DNA of 46,504 bases from Octopus bimaculoides. Taxonomy: Eukaryota. Shown in pieces: positions 12,010 to 22,935 of the stretch. The notes below the pieces were generated by a model. The model searched no databases, was not told where the DNA came from, and saw only the letters and a program-made list of their open reading frames with translations. Location: NCBI RefSeq assembly GCF_001194135.2, contig NC_068982.1, positions 23,895,408 to 23,941,911 on the forward strand. Direction: 5' to 3'. The position numbers and the translations under genes are program-made. How positions within the stretch are numbered: the stretch's first letter is position 1; each line of letters starts with the position of its first letter.

Positions 12010-14390
12010 CCCCAGTGACCTGCGCTAGACCTGTCCTCTGACAGTCAAGCCAAGCCCAACTCTTTCGCCAAACCAAGAAGAGAAGAATGGGAAAAGGCGA
12101 GTATCTGGCGTCTTCAAATAATCAGTGCTCCGAGTAGGCTGTACTCCTTAGCCTTGGATGGCAAGCAGCCTAGAAGAAATACTCTGAGTTTAAAAACACA
12201 CTACCTTGATAGAGATGGTTTCTCGATAAAAAATACTGGTTCGTAGTAACCTAAAAACACACCTCCTTTGTGAGGGAAAATGCCAAGCAAAATAAATGAC
12301 AATAACAGTGTGAACAGGATAGGAAACAATGGTGAATTTGCCGCACCCGACAGGTGCCCCATTGTGCAACAGGGTGAGCCCAGTCGTAATTCAGCAACAG
12401 CTATTCGTGCTACAAGACATAAGTGGAGTAAACAAGTAAACATGATTGTTATGGATTGTTACTACCGGAACACCGCAGTGGATGCGAATGGCGTGCCTGT
12501 CAGAGGGTACAGAAAGCGAATGCACAGTGAATGGAAGGCAAAGAGACTGTTCGAAATTACGCAACAGATATTATGTGACCAAGCGAGAGCAGTACGAAAA
12601 AATGGATGGTTAAGAGAATTGGAGCTCGGAGAAATTAGAAGATGGATATCGGGTGGTGCTGGGCTTGCAAGAGACGAAAGTGGTATAGTGGAGGAGAGGG
12701 ACAATTGTTCGCAAGAATATAATACCGTGAATTGTGAAAGAATTGAGCGATTAATAATAGACAAAATTTTGGATCTATTAAATACAGAAGGGACAGACTT
12801 TATGTGCGACTTTAAGAAGGCTAATCGATGGAGATAAAATCAAGAGACGAGTAAAGTCAATAATGTACTGAGACACATTGAAACAAAGAATATCGCACAA
12901 ACAAATAATCTTATCAAGGCTGCTAGCGGGATTGTGGAAGAAAGGATGGGATTGATAAAACTACTGAAAATAGAACAGTGACGGATAGAAGTGGAAATAA
13001 TCAATCGTGGTGGAAAAAGAGAATTTCTGAGGATATAAACTTCTTGAACAGTGTAGTGTCAATATTTGTCAGGAAAAGGAATGAAGAACTTAAGTATGAA
13101 TGGAAATTCGAAAAAGTTAGGAAGAAATATGGTGCAAATACAAAAGGTCTAAATGTTGTAAATGAAGAACTGAAGCACCGTAGCAGCTCATGCATGCACA
13201 AACAGCAATGGTAACTTGGTTTGAAGAACAGATTAAGCAATACCAGCAAAACGCACTGTCTAGAACCGACCAAAATAGATTTTGCCAAGAGATTTATGAC
13301 GATAAACAACGTGAAAGGTTAGTCCCCAATGCTTGTGAAACTCAACATTTCTGGGGTAAGATATAGAGTAAGCAAGAACAACATAACACTACATTTCAAG
13401 GGCTCTGCAGCCCGAATCAAGCAGCTTCTTATCCCCAGTAAGAAGCTATCCACATCGCAGAAGACAGTATCAGAAATATGAGTAAAACGATAAGAAAACT
13501 GGTGGTTTACATGGACTTTGTATAAGAAAAAGTTCAGTAATTGCAAAAATTGATCCCAGAGCAATTTAATACATTGATTAATGGAGAAGAAATACCGGGC
13601 TAGTTGACAAAAGGACGAACGGTGTTGTGCATGAAGGATAGACCAATTTGTAGCCTCCTATTAATATGAAATATACTGCCAGAAGGAATTGAGAAGAACT
13701 GTATAAATTTCTTGATGAGAAAGATATATTACCGCCGAAAAAAAAAAGGCTGTAGAATGATATGCAGAGGTACCAAAGATCATCTATTAATGGGCAAAAT
13801 GGTAATGCAAGATTGTAAACGAACGACAACAAATCTGGAAATGGCCTGGATTGACTATGATAGGATTCCACATTCGTAGATCATCGAGTGCTTAGATCCG
13901 ATTAGAATTGCGAGGAATGTAACGTGTTTCCTGAAGATAGTATGATGGAATGGAAAACTGGACTGACATCGTACGGAATAGCTTGCGCACCCTGGGTGTC
14001 AGGAAAGGGTTTCTCCTGGACGACAGCCTATCTCTGTTGCTTATTGTTCTCTGAATTATACCCCTGACCTTGGTACTTAGGAGAATATACCAACTAAAGA
14101 GAAATCCCAAACAATCAACCACATCCTCTTCAAGAATGATTTGAAACTGTATGGCAAAAGTGAGTTCCTTGGTAAACAGAGTCCACTGTTTTAGTACTAA
14201 TCTTAGAATTGAATTTGAACTCAGGAAGTGCGGAATAATCTACCTAAAAAGAGGCAAAGTACAGTCCCTTGAAGGGATCGAATTACTGAATAGAGACTTC
14301 ATTCAACAAATTGAAAAGGAAATGAAAGAGCAACTGCGGATGTAGTATTTCCGAAGACTAAGGTTTGTGTATTGGGAGTTAAAATTGAAT
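12010..14390 (+). mobile_element. R4-clade (Dong/Rex6-like) non-LTR retrotransposon: 5' UTR, N-terminal domain and RT; 3'-truncated pseudogene
   Basis: ORF 12280..12837 has RHKWSKQVNMIVMDCYY, GYRKRMHSEW and DQARAVRKNGWLRELEL. RT blocks [25 protein letters not shown]...[12 protein letters not shown] (from about 13745), RKGFLLDDSLSLLL (for RGIFQGDSLSPLLF) and INHILFKNDLKLYGK (14114-14158; catalytic DD lost). Many stops and frameshifts. The 5' boundary is approximate. Confidence 0.92.
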
Positions 14391-14409
14391 TAAATTCTTT
14401 CCTAATTTT

Positions 14410-14585
14410 AGCTCAAGAAAGCAACTATTAGGGGAATGGAATCGAATAACTTCAACCGTTCTACTTGACTGTTATATGATTTCATCGACCGCAAAACGAT
14501 TAAAGACTAAGATAATCTGAGCATGATTTGAACACAAAACGTAATAAATCTGAAGAAAATGCGACGAATTATTTTTGTCTGACGA
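14410..14585 (-). mobile_element. Old tRNA-derived SINE copy (same family as 1872-2004)
   Basis: ttcatcgacc.caaaacgattaaagactaagat...atttgaac.caaaacgtaa is colinear with the 1880-1950 copy; heavily diverged. Confidence 0.55.
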
Positions 14586-15363
14586 ACAAATAATTCTACC
14601 ATCTCTCAAAGAATTCTATTATGATGTTTTAATACATTTTTTACGTCATAATTAGAAGTTGAAACAAGACAATATTTGTAGAATTTTTATTTGCAACATA
14701 TGCTTTGTTCAATGTTAACGTCTGGCATCTCCAGCTTACCGTAAATTCGATTGTCTTTATATATTTACCAATAATTGCACCTATTTACTGAAAATGACTG
14801 CCAGGTGAATACTTGTACCCATAATCCCGTTCGTGCGAAAGCAAAAAAATAAAAACGGTGAAAATACATCAGAAACGGACATAGGATTTGTTCCATGAGT
14901 ATCGTCAAAATAGTCGTCGTTGAAATCTACAACGGAGGATTTCCTGACAAATATGAATCGATCTCTCAGTGCATATATACAGGGAGAGTTTGGATGAAAT
15001 TCAGATACTTCTATCTGCTGTCTACGTATATTTAGCTATCTATATGTTGCATGCAAATAAATTATATATGTGTGTGTGTGTATGTATATANNNNNNNNNN
15101 NNNNNNNNNNNNNNNNNNNNNNNNNNNNNNNNNNNNNNNNNNNNNNNNNNNNNNNNNNNNNNNNNNNNNNNNNNNNNNNNNNNNNNNNNNNNNNNNNNNN
15201 NNNNNNNNNNNNNNNNNNNNNNNNNNNNNNTATATATATATGCATGCATACATACACACAAACACACACACACACATATATGTATATATACACACTTACA
15301 TAGATAGATAGATAGATCATACAAATAAGTATAATATATTTATGTATTATATATATATGTGTC

Positions 15364-15401
<38 letters not shown>

Positions 15402-16045
15402 CATGTATGTATGTACTTACGTTTAAATGTACGTATACTTACAAATGTATTGTTGTATGTACGTAAATACATATATGTAATATAAATGGAGTTTTTAGAT
15501 ATTTACATAGAACATAAATTCCCATCTTCTATTTTCTTAGCACATATATCTTTGTAATCATCTTCCTATATATCTATCTTTACCGACTCTTTTAAATAAA
15601 TATTATTATTGTGTGATTGAAATCGTCCATACACACATAGAGACACCCACACATATAGGGGACCATAATTGAGAAACCTTCCAAGGAAGGAGACACCAGT
15701 ACTGAGGACCGCACTGCCACTAATGTCGACTGCGAAAAAGACGAAAGAGCAAAGAGAGAACTAAGAAATGAGAAACGAATGATGACAGATTAAAAACTCA
15801 AGAACAAATCAAGAACAAATAATAATAGAGCTCCGAATTAAGGAAGAAAACAAACAAACCAGATAGTCCATACGTGATGGTACAAATAGTTAGGAAGCGT
15901 TCACAAGTGTGTTAATTCTACTCGCTCGTTAACTGCTGGTATGGAGACGACGGTGCAAACTGCCATTTCCTACAACTAAAACCATATCACAGGCGAAACC
16001 GAGGCAAAAGTAGACACCTCTCTCCAAAATGACCAAAGGACAAAG

Positions 16046-16645
16046 AAAGACCTGGGTATTGACATGAGTAATGATGCGTCTTTCCATGTACATATTACTA
16101 AATTGGTAATAAAATGCATACAATTGGCCAGATGGATGCTTCGAATTTCAGAACTATAGAAAAGGAAATGATGATGGTCCTCTCGAGAACATTTGTCCTC
16201 AATCGTTTCGATGAATGCTCCCAAATATGGTGGTTACAGTGTACAATTAACAACGGAGCACGAAGCAGTACAGTAAGGCTACACAAAAACGATCGTCATA
16301 ATGCAGCATCAGACTGAAAAAGTTAAGACTGTACTCCCTACAAAGATGGTAGGATAGATACGCAAGAAAATTCTAGAAATTGTACCAAAGTTTGGCATTA
16401 TCAGTAACACGATCAGTAGAACGGGGCGCCACTGCATAGTACAAAAAATTCTAACATTGCCATCAGAATACAGGATTAGATCCTGCAGCAGCTTCGGCTT
16501 CAAAGGTCAACAGCTCTTCACTATCTCCCACAAATTCTTCAAAAGAAAAGGGAACATCATTCTCTCAAGAGTTCCGGATGAGCGTATCTCACTGTAAGAA
16601 ACACAGATGAAGGCAGCAACATGGAACTCCCTCATTCAACATCAA
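16046..16645 (+). mobile_element. CR1-clade LINE ORF2 3' end, decayed
   Basis: KDLGIDMSNDASFHVHI (16046), FRTIEKEMMMVLSRTFVL, LKKLRLYSLQRW*DRY (the LYSLERRRER motif), RTGRHC, LSRVPDE and AATWNSL. Upstream 15690-16045 may be more of the same element. Confidence 0.88.
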
Positions 16646-17151
16646 AGGAATTTTAGTGAAAGTTTAGCTAAGGTAACGGCAACAACTCAGCATCGAGCTG
16701 AAACTAGAAAACTATATATATTCATGTAGGGTTGCTCATATGTATTTAAGTTTTTCTTTCAGCAATATTTTCTGCAGAGACCACTGTTGATGATTTGGAT
16801 CAGGAAGAAAGAAATAGTACATAAGACTTAATTCTCCATTGACATATTAACCGATTTATTGTTCTGTATATTTTCTGGTCATTTATTGACGTATGCATAT
16901 ATGCAACTCCATTTCAATCCATATATATATATATATATTTACTCTATATAATACTCATTTATTGTGCTTTTAATTATTAATTTTTCTATATGTGATAGTG
17001 GATTTTCATTGATGAGTTCTTGAAACTTGGTTGTTTTCCCTAAAACTATATATTTTATATATATTTTATCTATAAAGCTCAATTTAATTTTAATTTTTTA
17101 TAAATTGATTTTAATTGAGTTTTTATCTGTAATTTTGGATTTTGTCCCTAA

Positions 17152-17191
<40 letters not shown>

Positions 17192-17925
17192 TATNNNNNN
17201 NNNNNNNNNNNNNNNNNNNNNNNNNNNNNNNNNNNNNNNNNNNNNNNNNNNNNNNNNNNNNNNNNNNNNNNNNNNNNNNNNNNNNNNNNNNNNNNNNNNN
17301 NNNNNNNNNNNNNNNNNNNNNNNNNNNNNNNNNNNNNNNNNNNNNNNNNNNNNNNNNNNNNNNNNNNNNNNNNNNNNNNNNNNNNNNNNNNNNNNNNNNN
17401 NNNNNNNNNNNNNNNNNNNNNNNNNNNNNNNNNNNNNNNNNNNNNNNNNNNNNNNNNNNNNNNNNNNNNNNNNNNNNNNNNNNNNNNNNNNNNNNNNNNN
17501 NNNNNNNNNNNNNNNNNNNNNNNNNNNNNNNNNNNNNNNNNNNNNNNNNNNNNNNNNNNNNNNNNNNNNNNNNNNNNNNNNNNNNNNNNNNNNNNNNNNN
17601 NNNNNNNNNNNNNNNNNNNNNNNNNNNNNNNNNNNNNNNNNNNNNNNNNNNNNNNNNNNNNNNNNNNNNNNNNNNNNNNNNNNNNNNNNNNNNNNNNNNN
17701 NNNNNNNNNNNNNNNNNNNNNNNNNNNNNNNNNNNNNNNNNNNNNNNNNNNNNNNNNNNNNNNNNNNNNNNNNNNNNNNNNNNNNNNNNNNNNNNNNNNN
17801 NNNNNNNNNNNNNNNNNNNNNNNNNNNNNNNNNNNNNNNNNNNNNNNNNNNNNNNNNNNNNNNNNNNNNNNNNNNNNNNNNNNNNNNNNNNNNNNNNNNN
17901 NNNNNNNNNNTATATATATATATAT

Positions 17926-18900
17926 GCAAGGCAGTGGGAATGAAACAACAGGGAGCTTGGACAAGATGGAAGAATGTGCTTGATAGGAAAGTGACTTGGG
18001 TTGAGCTGTGCGAAGCCAAAACTCACCGCATTAAATTCCTCATCCAGGCAGTTTACGATGGGCTTCCAAGACCATCAAGCCTGCACACATGTGGCATAGC
18101 AGAGACATCAACATGTGAGCTGTGTTCCAAGCGTGGAACCCTGGAACACATTCTCAGCTGCTGCACGGGAACTTGGAGAAGGACGGCACCGCTGGAGGCA
18201 CAACCAAGTCCTTAAGACCATCGCTGAAGCCATCAGCGCAGGCCTTGTGTAGGCGAAGCGGTTCCGACCTTCCAAGAAATCCATTGCCTTTGTCAGAGCT
18301 GGGCACAGCCATCCCCTGCTAGAAAAACATCCGTGGGAATCCTAACATCTGCATGAGACTGGCAGTTACTGGTGGATCTTGAGCGTCAGCTATAGTTCGC
18401 TGGCCACATTGTGGTCTCCACCCTGCGACCAGACATTGTCTTGTTGTCTGAGTCCGCCCAGCAAATTGTGCTGCTGGAGTTAACTGTCCCATCGGACGAT
18501 CGCCTGAAAGAAGCTTTAGAGAGAGAGCTCTCCAAGTACGCGGGTCTGGTCAGTGACTGCCAGTGGGCTGGTTGGAGAACGAGGTGTCTCCCAGTGGAGA
18601 GTGGATGCAGGGGCTTCGCAGCCCGTTCTCTGAGCAGAGCTTTAAGCAGTTTGGGCATCGAGAGAGTGAGAAGGAGTGAAGCCATTTGCACTACTACGGA
18701 TGCAGTAGAGAGGTCGTCAAGATGTCTCTGGTTTAAAATAGGAGAGCCATGCGCTAGCTACTTGGCCATCAGGACACAAGCTGGGGTCTGAACAACCCCA
18801 GCTGGGTCACCTGGAGGAGGGTGTATGATGTTGAAAGACGCGAAACACCCGATGATACCAGTCACATCACTGAAGATGTGCCCAGATGCACCACTCATCA
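17926..18900 (+). mobile_element. HERO-clade non-LTR retrotransposon, CCHC plus RLE domain and 3' UTR; copy 2
   Basis: QQGAWTRW, FLIQAVYDGLP, CELCSKRGTLEHILSCC (CCHC), GRHRWRHNQVL, LRPDIVLLS, LELTVP, GWRTRCLPVESGCRGF and SSRCLWFK. At least 2 frameshifts and 3 stops; stop at 18789-18791; structured 3' UTR. Confidence 0.93.
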
Positions 18901-19177
18901 TTGGGAGTGGAACTAGTAGACGGAAGCTGAAAAGTAGCACGTTGTAAATATATATATATATACATATATATATATGCACACATACACACATATATATATA
19001 TATATATGTGTGAGAAAGTTGGTATGTGAAAGCACGTGGTTGGATGTATAAAAGATAATAAGAGTGAAAAAACTACAGAAGGCGTGTCTTACATGGTTAA
19101 AGTATATATTTAAATTATGTCAGAAAAATGTTATAAAAATGTTATAAAATCTTTTTGGTATATAAACATTGTATTTT

Positions 19178-19216
19178 GAGAAATAACCGGTTTCGTGTAG
19201 TCTTTTCAAATTTCTG
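19178..19216 (-). ncRNA. Minimal type I hammerhead ribozyme motif (left-arm copy)
   Basis: Minus strand reads cAGAAAU-UUGAAAA-G actaca C-GAAA-C cg G-U-U-AUUUCUc; stem I is 6 bp. Confidence 0.55.
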
Positions 19217-19272
19217 TACTTCATTGTGTCGTGTTCGTTCCAGTCTGAGAACGAATACGACACAATGAAGTA

Positions 19273-19311
19273 GAGAAATTTGAAAAGACAACACGAAACC
19301 GGTTATTTCTC
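19273..19311 (+). ncRNA. Minimal type I hammerhead ribozyme motif (U3-A8 core variant)
   Basis: Stem I GAGAAAU/AUUUCUC (7 bp), core UUGAAAA (19280-86), 1-bp stem II G-C with 6 nt loop, GAAA (19295-98), palindromic ACCGGU stem III, GUU triplet. Confidence 0.65.
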
Positions 19312-19534
19312 AAAATACAATGTTTATATACCAAAAAGATTTTATAACATTTTTCTAACATNNNNNNNNNNNNNNNNNNNNNNNNNNNNNNNNNNNNNNN
19401 NNNNNNNNNNNNNNNNNNNNNNNNNNNNNNNNNNNNNNNNNNNNNNNNNNNNNNNNNNNNNNNNNNNNNNNNNNNNNNNNNNNNNNNNNNNNNNNNNNNN
19501 NNNNNNNNNNNNNNNNNNNNNNNNNNNNNNNNNN

Positions 19535-19566
<32 letters not shown>

Positions 19567-19567
19567 T

Positions 19568-19824
19568 TCTTTTAAGAATAAAATTTTAATTAATCCTACT
19601 GGCCTTAGTAAATATATATGGGAACTAAAATTTAAAAATATTAAGTACAATTTAAATTGGGAGATAGTTTGTAAGTCAAAATCTTATCGAATAGGTAGTA
19701 ATTTTTGCATATAATTTAAGGAGATATTATTAACTAATAATAAAAAAAAAATATTAATTCCCTAGATGAATGTAAAATTATATGTAGAAATAAGTTAAAT
19801 TACTTATATATTAAGTTTACCTAA
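19568..19824 (+). mobile_element. Penelope-like element, GIY-YIG endonuclease C-terminal fragment
   Basis: SFKNKILINPTGLSKYIWELKFKNIKYNLNWEIVCKSKSYRIGSNFCI*, then frameshifted NSLDECKIICRNK. This fits the PLE pattern SF..T.LSKxIWxLK..I.W.I..K..Y..CxLC..LN.R.E..CRH. Confidence 0.85.
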
Positions 19825-20386
19825 TTTGTGTATGTATATAAACACTATTTTATGAGACTAATTGTTGTACATACAATTTGTAGTAGTTAAATGTGTATAT
19901 TAGCACGAGATTATATTGGATATATTACATATTTAGAATAAGATTAAACTCTGAAGGTTTTTAAATAAATGAATAAATTAATGAAAATAGTTTAAATTAT
20001 AGGAAATTAGCTTAACTTATGTATATAAGTATTTTAGATTTAGATTATTTAGACTATAATTTTCTAGTGAATGATATACTACAGTTAATCTATTGTTATT
20101 CTCACAGCTAAAATACATTTTGTCTTTTTAACGGTTTAAATACATAATCTATCTATTTATTCTATAATTTTTATATTTACGCCATATTTTCACGCGATAT
20201 ATTTCTTATAAACGCTAAGTTCTTCGTATTACGTTTGAAATTTTAGTCTAACAGAAATTCTTCGATAAAATAACGTGTTTTTATTTTAAGTAATGTTGTT
20301 AAATATTTTTCGATTATTTATGGTTAAAACAAGTTTTATTCTATATTTATTTGATATTTTATTATAAGTTTAGATACGTACATTCA

Positions 20387-20444
<58 letters not shown>

Positions 20445-20450
20445 TACTTT

Positions 20451-20524
20451 AGACCTGCTAAGTGACTATAATTTTAGACCGAATCGTTTTTATTTTAAAT
20501 ATAATCACGAAACGCGCGTAGTCT
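20451..20524 (+). ncRNA. Decayed type I hammerhead motif
   Basis: Stem I AGAC/GUCU, core CUGCUAA (two changes from CUGANGA), stem II GUGACUAUA/UAUAAUCAC (8 of 9 paired), GAAA, palindromic ACGCGCGU, GUA triplet. Confidence 0.55.
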
Positions 20525-20655
20525 TTTAATGTTATTTGCTATTCATTGTGTAATTTATTGATTTAAGGAATAGGGTCTTTGTGCTATATTTGTTTTTTCA
20601 GATGTTTTGAATAACATTTTTCATTGTTGAATTTGTTAATAGTTGTTTTTTCTCT

Positions 20656-20738
<83 letters not shown>

Positions 20739-21039
20739 TTATGTATATACAATATACTATTTAATATCATTTAATGTACACAGTATAAATGTACAAGTTA
20801 CTAATAGTTTCATGCATTGGAGACGTGGGTCTAAACACCTTTTTAAATCATCGGATTCTGAGTTCATGGTGTATTTAATTTGGAAGTGGAAGGATAAATA
20901 AAAAAACGTAAAAGGAAAAGGAAAGAAATGAACTAAAATTAGAATTATATTCCCTTTGAACGTAACGTCATAATTAAATTAGTAGTCTAAGAACAATTTA
21001 GCGGAGAAGGTTTCAAATCCTGCGAGAGAGTTGCTGAAT

Positions 21040-21660
21040 TCGAATTAGGTGGCATCCCCTTTAAACCAAACCACAAGCCAAACAAGAAACTCTCTTACAT
21101 ACACAACCAATTCTTCCACCCAGCTCCCTATAGTCTTTAAAAGGTTTCCGTATCAACAGCACCACCTCATATCTTTCAGCAGGAACGAGCATTTTTCAGT
21201 TCTTCTGCCAGTTGCAGAAGACATCCACCAACAGCCCTCCGAATGTACCTCGCTTTTCAAGACAATGCTCTTAAAACAGATCGTCCAATAAGGGCGACTT
21301 CTCACCCGTGCATTCAAACATCGCCTCCCATAATTTGTCTGTCGTCGTTAGTCATTTGTAGAACATTGTATCCTTAGACGAGAAACCTAGTAGGACCTCG
21401 AGCTAGATGGTATGATCTACCTCCGTATTCCGCCCACTGTTTGTCTCTGACATCTAAGTAAAATGCCGCTGAAAAACCGCACAGATTTGCTTGAAATTGA
21501 GTAGCATCCAGCCTTCGTGATACGTCAAAGACAAAATTGTAGCAGTGTTACCACTTTACGTTTCTGACCTTCGAGCGGCTTTCATTGAAATACTGTTTAC
21601 AGCACGCTCCCTAGTCCTGAGAACACAGTCGAAATGTTTTTTCTAAGCGCCTCTTGTAGC
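21040..21660 (+). mobile_element. Penelope-like element, RT thumb and linker fragment, decayed
   Basis: GIPFKPNHKPNKKLSYIHNQFFHP (21051-21122; cf. YKPYxKPN..YIH..SNHP), then PIVFKRFP..SRNE, and ARWYDLPPYS (cf. IWFNPPYS) near 21402-21431. The 3' limit is uncertain. Confidence 0.7.
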
Positions 21661-22867
21661 TTATTAGCTAGCTTTCCGTCTACCGTATAATTTTCTATTA
21701 TCATTTACTTTGATTCAAATCTAATGACATGATTCAAGGTTAAACACCATATGTTGATGGCGATAGCCCCCGTTTAATCCCTCTAAGCTAACTCTCTAAA
21801 GGGGTCTCTGCAATATTGGTCAAATGAGAATAAGGCATTCAGCTTCCATGTACCGAACCCATCTTTGATCACACATTTGTGGTCAGTTTAGTACTTTGAA
21901 TTCTGGACAGGCTATGTTATCCCTATCTATTGTGCTACAAAATACTCTATCTAGATAGCATTTGGAGGACACAGTACTGTTTACATATGTCCACATGACC
22001 ATCTACGAAACGGTATCTGGCAGTCAATTGGAAACAACTGAACAGATTTTCGTGGATTTTACAAGAGAAACTATGAAGCTTATTATCTCTCGCTCCTTCC
22101 CCTTGTAGTGGAAGTCATGGCTGGAATTCGAACACTGTTATCAGACGCCGATAGAAAGTAAATGATGTAGAAACAAGTTATAATACCTTCTTTGGAAATG
22201 TAGTAGTAAAAATACTTTCGGATACGGAAATGTGCATTGTTTTCTCAAGGCAAACTGACCGGTTATTTTTGTCAAGATTCACCAGGAAAGCTAGTGCTTC
22301 CTGTGAGATATATCAGTATGAAAAGACGATAATATATCTCTGAGGAAATGGAGCGAATTTCCAAATACAGAGATCGGAAAATAAGGACGAACAGAATGTG
22401 AATATTGAAATTAGGAACAATACCTATTATATTAGATGTCTTCTGAATGATTAAAACAGATGCAGACAAATAGATAACTAAAATCCCATGGCGTAGACTT
22501 ACACATAAAATACCGTTAATTGCACTTACTATTCATAGCATACATCATTACGCTTCAACAATACATTTAGTGACAACCAGACATATTTATCTCATGAATA
22601 CTTCTCATTAAAGACACATTAATAAATTCTAGCATAAAACGATAAAATAATTAGCACCAGTATTATAATTAATGTGAAACAAAAACATTGGACGTTAATA
22701 ATATGCCATCATAAGAACTTGTAAACTTTCAGGAAAAGTAGAATATATTATGTTGGAATTATATCTCGAAGTACATATAAATCTATTAATAGATGTTTGT
22801 AAATATTGGGTTGAAAAGTCCTTTTCTATAGCCAAAAAAAAAAAAAAAAAATTGATGCATGTTTGTG

Positions 22868-22935
22868 GTATTCGAACCTTCATCTCTAGTAGATATAACA
22901 GGCGTTCTAACACCGTACAAAGCAATCGCTTGAAT
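22868..22935 (-). pseudogene. tRNA-like relic or SINE head
   Basis: Minus strand has acggtgttagaac (A-box-like) and ggttcgaatac (B-box); no complete cloverleaf. Confidence 0.35.

Larger units (their letters stand above)
19128..19361. repeat. Near-perfect palindrome (113 bp arms, 8 nt loop); probable inverted PLE pseudo-LTR junction
   Basis: 19128-19240 versus the reverse complement of 19249-19361 shows 4 mismatches by eye. The right arm runs into an N-gap and may be longer. Confidence 0.95.

Noticed and set aside
14740-14780. Possible 41 nt minus-strand micro-exon (AIIGKYIKTIEFT); similar short candidates at 2953-3015 and 38383-38433
   Set aside because: Too short to distinguish from chance AG...GT pairs. 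The 14.7 kb candidate is phase-incompatible with the main candidates.
17027-17925. Long ORFs spanning N-runs (also near 25.4, 26.4, 29.4, 31.4, 38.9, 41.7 and 45.6 kb)
   Set aside because: They are open only because N codons translate as X; the flanks are (TA)n, (CA)n or (GA)n.
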